A DNA stretch of 64,000 bases from Candidatus Nanoarchaeia archaeon (GTDB lineage: Archaea > Nanobdellota > Nanobdellia > Woesearchaeales > DATDXC01). Positions 9,174-18,276 of this stretch are shown piece after piece. Made by a program: the position numbers and the translations under genes. Location: assembly GCA_035289425.1 (NCBI GenBank), contig DATDXC010000002.1, positions 474 to 64,473 on the forward strand, given 5' to 3'. The notes below the pieces were generated by a model. That model saw only the letters and a list, made by a program, of their open reading frames with translations, had not been told where the DNA came from and did no database searches. The stretch's first letter is position 1. Every line of letters begins with the position of its first letter.

Positions 9174-10325
9174 ATGGCATATAAGATAACCAGCGAAAGT
9201 GTGACCGAAGGGCATCCTGATAAGATTTGCGACCAGATAAGTGATGCAATCCTTGATGCGCTGATACGGGAAGACCCTGAGAGCAGGGTTGCTGTAGAGT
9301 GCCTTACCACGACAGGCACCGTGCACGTAGCCGGAGAAATAACCACCAAAGCCTATGCTGATGTACAGCTTATAGTCAGGAATACACTAAAAGAAATCGG
9401 ATATACTGATCCTGAATTTGGCATTGACTATGAAGATGCGGGTGTCTGGGTAAGCGTGCATGGCCAGAGCCCTGACATTGCCCAGGGTGTTGATGAAAAA
9501 GAGGATAAGGATCAGGGTGCAGGAGACCAGGGAATGATGTATGGGTATGCCACTGATGAAACACCTGAACTGATGCCCCTGCCGATTATAATTGCGCACA
9601 AGCTGACCATGCGCATGGCATATGTGAGAAAAATGGGCATCATCAAAGACATAGGTCCTGACGGAAAATCACAGGTTACTGTTTTGTATGAGGGTGGCAA
9701 GCCGGTAAAGATAACTGACATCGTCATTGCCCAGCAGCATACCGATGGCACTAAAGAAGAAGAGCTGAAGAAGCAAATTATTAAGCAGGTCATACATCCT
9801 ATTTGCAAAGGCCTCATTGATGATGACACAAATATACACATCAATGCGACTGGAAAATTCGTTATTGGAGGACCGGAAGGGGATACTGGCGTTACCGGTC
9901 GGAAGATAATTGTGGATACCTATGGGGGCGTCGGCAGGCATGGCGGCGGCGCTTTCTCTGGAAAGGATCCCACCAAGGTGGACCGTTCAGGAGCATACAT
10001 GGCCCGGTATGTAGCCAAAAACATTGTCGCTGCAGGGCTGGCAAAGAAATGTGAAGTGCAGATAAGCTATGCGATAGGGGTTGCAAAGCCGACCAACATC
10101 AATGTTGACACATTCGGAACTGCAACAGTGCCTGAAGAGAAGATTGAGCAGGCTATTCTCAAAGTCTTTGACCTAAGGCCGAAGGCGATCATTGAAGCGT
10201 TGGACCTGAAGCGTCCGATCTACAAGAAAACAGCTGCCTACGGCCATTTCGGGAGGAATGATCCCGACTTTACCTGGGAGAAGACGGACAAAGCAGACAT
10301 ATTAAGAAAGGAAGCGGGAATTTAA
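9174..10325 (+). CDS. metK: S-adenosylmethionine synthetase (bacterial/eukaryal MetK type)
   Basis: Has '[23 protein letters not shown]', '[12 protein letters not shown]' and '[16 protein letters not shown]', the classical MetK signature motifs. A GGAGG Shine-Dalgarno sequence lies 7 nt upstream. Confidence 0.9.
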   Translation: MAYKITSESVTEGHPDKICDQISDAILDALIREDPESRVAVECLTTTGTVHVAGEITTKAYADVQLIVRNTLKEIGYTDPEFGIDYEDAGVWVSVHGQSPDIAQGVDEKEDKDQGAGDQGMMYGYATDETPELMPLPIIIAHKLTMRMAYVRKMGIIKDIGPDGKSQVTVLYEGGKPVKITDIVIAQQHTDGTKEEELKKQIIKQVIHPICKGLIDDDTNIHINATGKFVIGGPEGDTGVTGRKIIVDTYGGVGRHGGGAFSGKDPTKVDRSGAYMARYVAKNIVAAGLAKKCEVQISYAIGVAKPTNINVDTFGTATVPEEKIEQAILKVFDLRPKAIIEALDLKRPIYKKTAAYGHFGRNDPDFTWEKTDKADILRKEAGI

Positions 10326-10409
10326 CTCTTTATTTTTCATTTAATTTTTTAAAAATTAGACGCACCCAGACAGAATAGTTTTTATAGTAGTTTTATTATT
10401 TTAGCATGG

Positions 10410-11537
10410 ATGAATAAAACCATTATTGTAATACTATTTATCCTTTCGATAAGTCTTGTTTCTGCGCAGGAAATTTGCGAGTATAACGGCGTTAAAACAA
10501 CATTTGGCACCCTTTATTATGGATCTGGGGTAAAATCAGAATATGCTGATGAAAAATTTGTGCATATTGTTGACCCAAAAGCTATTACTGATTTAAGGCA
10601 GTTAAAAGGATTAATATGCTTAGAGCATGCTGATTTTTATAATCAGGGCATCTCCGGAAATCTTGAAAATTTGAATGATTTAGCCAATCTAAAAGTTTTA
10701 AGCCTGCATACAAATCCCGACGTTGAGGGAGATGTATGCGATTTTAGCAAAGCAATTAAATTAAAAAGCCTGAAATTAGCCTTTGACCCTAAAGTGCACG
10801 GCGATGTTTCCTGCCTCAAAAACATTAATTTAGAAACTTTTGCTATGACTTACACAAACATTTCAGGAAATCTTTCTGGCCTGAGCCACATGACTAACTT
10901 AAAAGCACTTTATTTGAGCGGAGCGGGCATTAGTGGTGATGTCTCTGCCTTAAGCGTATTAACTAACCTAGAAGAATTGTCTTTATCTAATGCAGAAATG
11001 GATGGTTCTAAATTTTATGGAGATTTGGCTTCCCTTGACAACCTAAAAAAATTGAGAAAGGTTGCTCTGTATAACCTAAATTCGATTAATTGCGAACATT
11101 TCCATGAAATGCACCCTAACATTGAAGGCGGCTGCTCTGAAGAGTCAAAGTATACGTTAACAGACCCTAATATGGAGTCTGAAAAGATGATTGAAAAAGA
11201 AAGTATACCCGCAGATATTGCAAAAGACGGGGAGCCAAGAGTTGGTGATGAGCCTCCAAAAGAATGCATGATAGATGGAAAGTTTATTGGAGAAGATAAG
11301 TGCCCGGCTTTGGTTGATAAAGGACTGATTGAAGGGCAGAATAATGGACCTCCTGAAAAATGCATAATAGATGGAGATTTTATCGGTAGAGAAAGATGCG
11401 AAGCATTGATGCAGGGAAAGATTAAAGATGCTGAGCAGGAAGTGGAAGAAAAAATTACCGAAACAGAGACTAATGAAAATGTAAAAAGAAGTTTTTTGGA
11501 AAGATTTGTTGATTGGTTTGTCAGTTTATTTAAATAA
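10410..11537 (+). CDS. secreted leucine-rich-repeat protein with C-terminal tandem Cys-containing repeats
   Basis: Starts with the signal peptide 'MNKTIIVILFILSISLVSAQE'. Internalin-like LRRs follow ('LSHMTNLKALYLSGAGISGDVSALSVLTNLEELSLS'). Two ~28 aa repeats are present ('KECMIDGKFIGEDKCPALV' and 'EKCIIDGDFIGRERCEALM'). Confidence 0.6.
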   Translation: MNKTIIVILFILSISLVSAQEICEYNGVKTTFGTLYYGSGVKSEYADEKFVHIVDPKAITDLRQLKGLICLEHADFYNQGISGNLENLNDLANLKVLSLHTNPDVEGDVCDFSKAIKLKSLKLAFDPKVHGDVSCLKNINLETFAMTYTNISGNLSGLSHMTNLKALYLSGAGISGDVSALSVLTNLEELSLSNAEMDGSKFYGDLASLDNLKKLRKVALYNLNSINCEHFHEMHPNIEGGCSEESKYTLTDPNMESEKMIEKESIPADIAKDGEPRVGDEPPKECMIDGKFIGEDKCPALVDKGLIEGQNNGPPEKCIIDGDFIGRERCEALMQGKIKDAEQEVEEKITETETNENVKRSFLERFVDWFVSLFK

Positions 11538-11747
11538 TTTTTATTATTTTCGGCTTATAGACTAGATTTTAGATTATTTAACTTTTGAGTTTGTAGAAAA
11601 ATTCCCCTCCTCTTGATATCCGCTTCAAAAGCTTTAAATATTTCTGTTAGTCTTTAATCTTCGACGAAAAGAGACTTGTCCATTCCAGACTTTATGTGAA
11701 GAGAACGGATAAGGCTGCACAATTAAAAAAAGAAATTAAATGATAAT

Positions 11748-12749
11748 CTAAGCTTCTGCATCAAGATACACCTTGACATCGGCTTTTGACAGCAACTCAG
11801 CAACATATTCAGATAATGCCTGCTTTCTTTTCTGAGACAGCAATGCCTCTTCAATCTGGTCTCTCACTTCATCAAAATTTAATTTTCTCGCTTCTTCTTT
11901 TGCAGTAAGCTGGATTATGTGATACCCATATTGTGTCTGGATTGGTTCGGAGGTATAATCTCCAACTTCAGCAAGAGCAAAAGCAGCAGTCTCAAACTCC
12001 GGAACCATCATGCCCTTGCCAATAAAACCGAGGTCTCCACCACTGGCTGCACTGCCATCTATGGAATATTTCTGGGTAAGCTGTGAGAAGTTCTCTCCTA
12101 CATCCAGGGCGTCTATGATCTCTTCAGCAAAACTTAGATTACTTACCAGGATATGGCTTGCCCGTATTTGGTCCTCAACCCTGAACGAATCAATATTTTG
12201 GTTGTAGTATTCAAGGGCTTCCTCAGACCACAGTGTGACTTTGCTATACACGGTCTGATTAACAAATCCGGAAATGACACCCTGTTCTGCGTTGAACTGG
12301 ATGAAATATTCATAATCAAAGCTTTCATTCTCGAACCTTTTTTTGAATGTATCCACATCGCTGCCAGTAGCAGTGATCAGGCTTTCGAAATAGCCTTTTG
12401 TTTGAGCGGTGTTCACTTGCTGGCCTGCATTTAAGGCCTCTTCCAGCACCAATTCACGTATGATAGTCTGATTCAAAAGATCTTTCTTGGAGACGGACGC
12501 AGCATAGGATTTTGGGACACCCTGCTGAAATAACACAAAATCAATATTACGGTTGAGTTCAGAGTCAGTTATAGTATGCCCATTTACCTCGGCAACCACG
12601 GGTGAGGCTTGTCGAGCAAAATCTAAACCGTTCGTTGCAAGAATGAGGAGAATGATTGCAATAATGCCTCCCCCCATCAACAGATGTTTTTTCTGAAGTG
12701 TTATATCTCCAGCATCGTCTTTCTTCTGTTCTTTTTTTCCTTCCATCAT
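11748..12749 (-). CDS. parvulin-type peptidyl-prolyl isomerase (PrsA/SurA-like) with an N-terminal membrane anchor
   Basis: Has an N-terminal TM segment 'LLMGGGIIAIILLILATNG'. The C-terminal PpiC domain shows 'RASHILV', 'GGDLGFIGKGMMVPEFETAAFAL' and 'GYHIIQL'. Confidence 0.7.
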   Translation of the reverse strand: MMEGKKEQKKDDAGDITLQKKHLLMGGGIIAIILLILATNGLDFARQASPVVAEVNGHTITDSELNRNIDFVLFQQGVPKSYAASVSKKDLLNQTIIRELVLEEALNAGQQVNTAQTKGYFESLITATGSDVDTFKKRFENESFDYEYFIQFNAEQGVISGFVNQTVYSKVTLWSEEALEYYNQNIDSFRVEDQIRASHILVSNLSFAEEIIDALDVGENFSQLTQKYSIDGSAASGGDLGFIGKGMMVPEFETAAFALAEVGDYTSEPIQTQYGYHIIQLTAKEEARKLNFDEVRDQIEEALLSQKRKQALSEYVAELLSKADVKVYLDAEA

Positions 12750-12864
12750 AAAACCCCCTGTTTACCGGAAAGACTGACTAATACTTTAAAAAACTTATGG
12801 ATGATGCAACACGATTATCGCTTGATTTACTCATGGATCACGGCAGTTAAGAATATCTGCCTTA

Positions 12865-13248
12865 TTATATAACCTTATTTTGAATCAGATACGGCAAAAT
12901 CTTGTTTTTTATTGCAGGAGAAAGTATCGAAGTGTCATCTTTTTGCCCAAACCATCTGAACTCAACAATCTCTGACAGAGCCTGGACATCTCCCACAAGT
13001 TTTCCAGAATATAATTTTATCCTTACTGTCGTGTCAGTTCCCACCGCCTTATCTTCAAAATAGCCGATACATGAGATTTCATCAACCTTGCACCCATGTT
13101 CTTCCTTAATCTCCCTTTTGATACAGTCTATATCGCTTTCATTAGGCAGTGGCTTGCCGCCTGGCATTAGAAAAAGCGGCGCTGATTTCTTTTTGTTTAT
13201 GAGAAACTTTTTGTCTTGTATAGCCAGTAACCCAATCTTGTAAATCAT
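12865..13248 (-). CDS. Nudix hydrolase
   Basis: The Nudix box 'GGKPLPNESDIDCIKREIKEEHGCKV' fits the GX5EX7REUXEEXGU pattern. Confidence 0.7.
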   Translation of the reverse strand: MIYKIGLLAIQDKKFLINKKKSAPLFLMPGGKPLPNESDIDCIKREIKEEHGCKVDEISCIGYFEDKAVGTDTTVRIKLYSGKLVGDVQALSEIVEFRWFGQKDDTSILSPAIKNKILPYLIQNKVI

Positions 13249-15443
13249 GCGACTCCCCTGTCAAAATTTCCCTGGGTTGTCCCTTTTTTTAACATCGAAA
13301 TGTCCTGTTGCTTCTCCTCAATAATATTCTGGTACGCAGTAATTAAAGTGCTCGTATCCTTGGATAAGTCAAGGAGGAAATAACGGATCCCACCCTGCAG
13401 CAATTCCCGGACACCTTCAAAAGTGGCGATCGGCCTGGAATAGAGCATCTCAGTGTTCTTGCCGACAAGCCGCAGTGGAAAAGAATAGCCTTTCTCATCT
13501 TTAAGATCAGGATAGTTAAACCTGCCTTTGAAATGCATAACCGGGATTTGCCCATGTGCATAATAGATGATGTTCTTATTTTTTAGAGCAAGAACATCTT
13601 TGCACGAAAGCTCCGGAGATATTATGGGTAGGATACCTTTATTCAGCAAAGCAGAAATGCTCGCATCATTGAATGTGTTGAGGGAATATTTGCCATGTTT
13701 CTCCCCTTTAAAGGGCACGGAAAGCATTCCCCAATTCCCGATGCAGATACCCTCTGGCATAAGTTCATGGATTACATGCCCTGCTCTGATGACCTCTGCG
13801 TCACTCATTACAACAGGGGTATCCAGGAAAAATTTTGTGCCTATGCATAATTTCCGGGCCATCTTCACGTCAGGCGCAAATATATCATAGTATACAGCAT
13901 ACGGACCGAGTGCAGATGCTTCTTCAACCTGATCTAATGAATACACCTTGACAATCAACTTAGGTTCTCCATGGCATTCAATGCTCTCAAACTGTATTTC
14001 TTCTAGCTTAGATTGCCTCTGAGGGTTTATATGCTGTATGACTGCTTCATCGAGAGACAATCGCATCTGGTTGATTTCGCTGAATGGCATGAATGCTGCT
14101 GGATCAACCGAGAAAGACAGGAGCTTCCATTGTATCCCCACCTTTTTTGATTTTGCGAGGTAATTGAGCAGATCCTCCTTGGTGAATGGATTATTTTTTG
14201 CTTTTTCCAGATTGCATTTGGATGAAACAGATATATTTCCGCACCGCAATACAAGCGGCTTTCCCATCTCCCCTTCAGCTATAACCTCATATTCAGCAAG
14301 TGGAACGTCGAATGTTTGCTTCTCATGCTTCCGAGAGGTAATAAATACGGATGCACCTTCCCTGAAATGCCGTGATGGTATGCTAATCAAGCTCCCCCTC
14401 GGTGCATAATCATTTAAAACGCCATTAACCTGCATCTTGCTTACTACAAATCCTTCCATGCGGTTGCTGCCCTGATTCCAGAATCCGACACCATCTCCCT
14501 TCTTAAGAAGCTCGTAAATGCGGAGCTTGCCGTTTAGTACCTTTCCTAATAAAATTCCCCTATTCATGGGCATATCAGATCCTATGACTGATTTATTATT
14601 TGCAAAAAAGCCAGAGGTAAAATCCCGGTTGAAGTTAATTTTGACTCTATCTAGGTCTGCCTGGTTTGCCTTGGAAGCAGAAGGCAGGCTGTCAATCTGC
14701 TTTCGGTATAGCTTTGTGGCTGCAGCAACATACTCCGCACTCTTCATTCTGCCCTCTATTTTTACCGCATCTACACCAATCTCGGCTATCTTATCGACCC
14801 AGTTCGCCAGCATAAGGTCTTTAGGGCTGATCAGGTATCCTGCGTTGTTATACTGCTTCCGGCAGCTGCTGGCGCAAATCCCCCTATTGCCGCTTCGTTT
14901 CCCGATGAACGAAGAGATAAGGCATTGGCCTGAATATGAGATGCACAGATGGCCATGCACAAAAATCTCTAGTTTTACCTTAGTCCTGTTTCGTATCTCC
15001 CTAATATCATCCAGAGTTAATTCCCGTGCCAGCACAACCTGGTCTAAATCCCGGAATGCGTTGATACCATGGTAATTCATGAGGCTTGCCTGCGTAGATG
15101 CATGTATCCGGAGCCCTGGAAAGAACTTTCTGATGTAGGGAACGAAAAAGAGCTCCTGGATGATTACTGCATCTATTCCTGCAAGATATGCATCCTCCAA
15201 AGTCTTAAACCAATTCCCAATTTCCCTGTTATAAACCAGAGTATTCAAAGCAAAGTAGACCTTTACCTTGTTGTTGTGGGCAAGAGCTATTACTTCTTTT
15301 ATCTGGTCTTTAGTGAAGTTACCGGCTAGCTTCCGGGCATTGAACAGATGTCCTGATAAGTAGATTGCATCAGCCCCCGAGCAGATTGCCGCCTTGGTTG
15401 ATTCAAGGTCTCCTGCAGGAGCATTGAGTTCAATTTGGTGCAT
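13245..15443 (-). CDS. peptidase U32 family protein (RlhA/TrhP-like) with a long C-terminal extension
   Basis: The N-terminal region shows 'ELNAPAGDLESTKAAICSGADAIYLSG', 'KVYFALN' and 'GIDAVIIQ', the characteristic U32 motifs. The Cys cluster 'CISYSGQCL...CASSC' is present. Total length is 732 aa. Confidence 0.8.
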   Translation of the reverse strand: MHQIELNAPAGDLESTKAAICSGADAIYLSGHLFNARKLAGNFTKDQIKEVIALAHNNKVKVYFALNTLVYNREIGNWFKTLEDAYLAGIDAVIIQELFFVPYIRKFFPGLRIHASTQASLMNYHGINAFRDLDQVVLARELTLDDIREIRNRTKVKLEIFVHGHLCISYSGQCLISSFIGKRSGNRGICASSCRKQYNNAGYLISPKDLMLANWVDKIAEIGVDAVKIEGRMKSAEYVAAATKLYRKQIDSLPSASKANQADLDRVKINFNRDFTSGFFANNKSVIGSDMPMNRGILLGKVLNGKLRIYELLKKGDGVGFWNQGSNRMEGFVVSKMQVNGVLNDYAPRGSLISIPSRHFREGASVFITSRKHEKQTFDVPLAEYEVIAEGEMGKPLVLRCGNISVSSKCNLEKAKNNPFTKEDLLNYLAKSKKVGIQWKLLSFSVDPAAFMPFSEINQMRLSLDEAVIQHINPQRQSKLEEIQFESIECHGEPKLIVKVYSLDQVEEASALGPYAVYYDIFAPDVKMARKLCIGTKFFLDTPVVMSDAEVIRAGHVIHELMPEGICIGNWGMLSVPFKGEKHGKYSLNTFNDASISALLNKGILPIISPELSCKDVLALKNKNIIYYAHGQIPVMHFKGRFNYPDLKDEKGYSFPLRLVGKNTEMLYSRPIATFEGVRELLQGGIRYFLLDLSKDTSTLITAYQNIIEEKQQDISMLKKGTTQGNFDRGVA

Positions 15444-15553
15444 ACCCTAGGAAGAAATATTCATATATTTAAGTCTACGCATTCTTAATGGTTGCCCAGA
15501 AATAATCTTTTTTCGGCAATTTGTCAGTACAATGATTGGAAATTTTTCAGAAA

Positions 15554-16126
15554 TCAGGTAAATCCGTTCTTTTTTATATACGTGATCAGATCGTCTGAGA
15601 CGCATATCTTTCCCTGCTCCACCATATAGCGGAATGGCAGTATGATTGATTCTCCCTTATCAATCTCTATTTCGATCTCATCCACAAAATCAAGTTTCTG
15701 GAAAGGTGTGCCCCCCGTTATCCGATAAGCTGCCAGGACCGCATTGTCAGTCGGCATCTGTTTGTCCCCTAAATTTCTGGTTTGGAGCCCAAGCGATCCA
15801 AGCTCCTTCATTGTCCTGTTCTGGGGAGGATTATCGCCTAAAATGCCGCCAAAGACAAGGACATCAAACGTATCTGCAGGGGAAAGTTTTTTTCCTGCTC
15901 CCGCATCCATCAGGCATATTCTTTTTCCTTTCAGCTCTGTCTTGATCAACTCTGACAGTCGCTCTGCATACACTTTACCAAAAGAAGATAATTTTGATCT
16001 TTCATGCTTCTCTCGCACATTGGTGAAAATCAGATTATTTTTTCCCACCATTTTTGATAGGTGTTTATATTCGATAAGGCTCCACGGAAAAAGTTTCGGA
16101 TCCAGGTGTTCGATGAGGTATTTCAC
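15554..16126 (-). CDS. SPOUT-class methyltransferase, Sfm1/DUF431 family
   Basis: Closely resembles yeast Sfm1: 'MKYLIEHLDPKLFPWSLIEY', 'VLVFGGILGDNPPQNRT', 'LGDKQMPTDNAV' and 'ILPFRYM'. Confidence 0.65.
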   Translation of the reverse strand: MKYLIEHLDPKLFPWSLIEYKHLSKMVGKNNLIFTNVREKHERSKLSSFGKVYAERLSELIKTELKGKRICLMDAGAGKKLSPADTFDVLVFGGILGDNPPQNRTMKELGSLGLQTRNLGDKQMPTDNAVLAAYRITGGTPFQKLDFVDEIEIEIDKGESIILPFRYMVEQGKICVSDDLITYIKKNGFT

Positions 16127-17154
16127 AGTGCCAGCTCCACCATGGTTTCTATATGGGGCGTCTGCGGGAAAAGATCAAACAGGGCAACGCTTTTCATTTT
16201 GTATTCTTTGAATTTTGTCAGGTCCTTCTTCAGCTGAACTATGTTGCACGAGATATATATAATAACTTTTGGCTTTACTTCTTTTAACGCTTGGATTACT
16301 TTCTGGTCCATGCCAGAACGGGGAGGGTCTAGTATCACGATTGAACCATGTTGCATCTTTTTTATCTGGCGTGCGTCAGCTTCTATTACACTTCCATTGG
16401 AAATATGCTTTATATTGAGGAACGCTGCCTTCACACTCAGGGGAGCATTCTCAACAATTATTACACTTTTGAAAAGATCCGCATTCAAAATGCCAAAGCA
16501 TCCGACTCCCCCATAGACATCAAGCAGGCATGGCTGTGGCGCATACTTCTTGAGGATGGTATGGCAGTGTTGGTGCATCATTGTGGCAACTTCTGAATTG
16601 TTCTGGAAAAAGGATTGGCTATGGTAATAAAATGGAATGCCATTAAACTCTTCTAGCAGGTAAGGGCTTCCCTTTAAGACAACATAATCATCAGATATGC
16701 TTTCAGAACCATATGCGATCAGCACATTGTCTGCTGTTGATATCTTGGCAAAATCCTGTATGATGGACATCGCCGAAGCATCTTTGCATACAAAAGAGAT
16801 ACTACAGGTCTTCGTTGCCCGTATGACTACAAACCGCATTGAATCAGGGAAATTATCTTTAAAAAAATTCCTTGCTTCCTGCAATAGATCATTGATCCTT
16901 TTATCTGAAATCACGCATTCATCAGTCTGCACAAAGCCATTAATCCCCCTTAGCCCAAGCTGGCCCTTGCTGACTATGAAGTCCATGCGGTTACGATAAT
17001 AGTATTCATGGCCTGCATATACCTTGATATCCTTGGAGCCGGTAGCATGCTCCACTCTGTTGCGCTTGTTCTCAAGCTGAAGTGAGTAGGGTATATGCTG
17101 TGCAGTGCACCCATTGCATTTTTTAAAATATTTACACAATGGCTTAATTATCAT
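16123..17154 (-). CDS. TrmA/RlmD-family (uracil-C5) RNA methyltransferase
   Basis: Has an N-terminal Cys cluster 'CKYFKKCNGCTAQH' for an [4Fe-4S]. C-terminal SAM motifs follow ('LLDVYGGVGCFGI', 'ILDPPRSG'), and the C-terminus 'FDLFPQTPHIE' is typical of RumA/TrmA-like enzymes. Confidence 0.75.
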   Translation of the reverse strand: MIIKPLCKYFKKCNGCTAQHIPYSLQLENKRNRVEHATGSKDIKVYAGHEYYYRNRMDFIVSKGQLGLRGINGFVQTDECVISDKRINDLLQEARNFFKDNFPDSMRFVVIRATKTCSISFVCKDASAMSIIQDFAKISTADNVLIAYGSESISDDYVVLKGSPYLLEEFNGIPFYYHSQSFFQNNSEVATMMHQHCHTILKKYAPQPCLLDVYGGVGCFGILNADLFKSVIIVENAPLSVKAAFLNIKHISNGSVIEADARQIKKMQHGSIVILDPPRSGMDQKVIQALKEVKPKVIIYISCNIVQLKKDLTKFKEYKMKSVALFDLFPQTPHIETMVELAL

Positions 17155-17205
17155 AGAATCTAGTTTTCCGGTACTAATTTAAATATGTTCCGTGTGTAAT
17201 GCCCT

Positions 17206-17348
17206 ATCGAAAAGGTTGCCATCCTATGTGAAGTGCCTCAGATAACAATACCAACTGACAATGGGGAGGCTCCAGTCGGGAAATGTCAGTATTTGTCTGG
17301 AAGATACAAGCACTGAGCCTGATGGCAACCTGCGAAGCACTTTTCAAT
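17206..17348. ncRNA. candidate structured ncRNA (copy B of a repeated element; strand undetermined)
   Basis: Nested helices are present. The 10-bp helix GGTTGCCATC/GATGGCAACC (17214-17223 with 17321-17330) is perfect. An outer helix ATCGAAAAG/CTTTTCAAT and a core hairpin AACTGACA...TGTCAGT enclose 'ATGGGGAGGCTCCAGTCGGGAAA'. The core is ~80% identical to the element at 23277-23443. Confidence 0.35.
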
Positions 17349-17418
17349 GTCACCTTATACAGAGTAGCATTTTAGCTATTATGCAACAATTTCATATATA
17401 AAAAGAAAAAATTATTGA

Positions 17419-18066
17419 TTAAGCACAAGAGCCTTCTTCGTACCAGCTGGTGTTCCTATCTTCACAAGCAAAACACCCATTGATATAGGTCATATTTCTA
17501 TTGTTGCACACTGGTTGGCTTTCATTACTGCAATCATTAGGTCTGGGTCTTGGGCAGTGAGTTTTTTCAATCGATACATTTCCCGATGTGAAATTTGAAG
17601 CGATTGCAGTACACTCCTGCTTACATGATAACGAATCCTCAATTGCCGCTTTCTTGCAATTCAATTTATCATCCTGGCAAGTTCTGGTGCAATTTCTGTA
17701 ATCAGCATAGGATTCCTGTCTGTCAATGCCTTTCGCAGCAGAACAATTTCTTCTGCATTCCTGAATAAGATTATTTTTTTCCTGTTTGGTTAAATTTGAG
17801 GATAGATTAAGTTCACAGCCTGCTGTACAGCTATTAAAGGTATCCCGGTTGATTTGAGATAGATTCTTCCAATCTCCTCTGCATTCATTTCTGCATTCAA
17901 ATGAGACATCATTGCATGCTCTCATATCGAGCATCTTGTTTGTTGAGCAGTTTTTCTTGCATTCATTAAATATTTCTCTTTGTTCAGGGCTCAAACCATT
18001 TAAGGCTACTACAATTACAGATGCTAATGCTAATCCTAAGATGACCAATGATAGTTTTTTATTCAT
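17419..18066 (-). CDS. secreted cysteine-rich protein with many N-glycosylation sequons and a C-terminal Kazal-like domain
   Basis: The start is taken at the internal Met ('MNKKLSLVILGLALASVIVVA' signal peptide, preceded by GGGGGA). There are 10 N-x-S/T sequons and repeated 'ECxxNC' units. The C-terminus 'QPVCNNRNMTYINGCFAC' fits the Kazal core (PVC..DG.TY.N.C...AC). The called ORF extends to 18162. Confidence 0.55.
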   Translation of the reverse strand: MNKKLSLVILGLALASVIVVALNGLSPEQREIFNECKKNCSTNKMLDMRACNDVSFECRNECRGDWKNLSQINRDTFNSCTAGCELNLSSNLTKQEKNNLIQECRRNCSAAKGIDRQESYADYRNCTRTCQDDKLNCKKAAIEDSLSCKQECTAIASNFTSGNVSIEKTHCPRPRPNDCSNESQPVCNNRNMTYINGCFACEDRNTSWYEEGSCA

Positions 18067-18276
18067 ATAGATTCCCCCAAAGTTATGACTGGGAAGTGTA
18101 GAATCTTTATAAACATTCTCGAGTTTGGATATGTATATCAGACGAGAAATATTTTTAGTCACGTTTTAACGACAAACATCAGTTATTCTTTCATCTGCTT
18201 ATTGTATCTCCACTGCCCGAACAATACCCAATACAATGCAAATAAACCAATAACTAAAAGTATGAGGAGGAGACCA

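Noticed and set aside
14518-15075. A 185 aa plus-strand ORF, and several 60-110 aa ORFs between 13343 and 15329.
   Set aside because: All lie antisense within the U32 peptidase gene and have no motifs.
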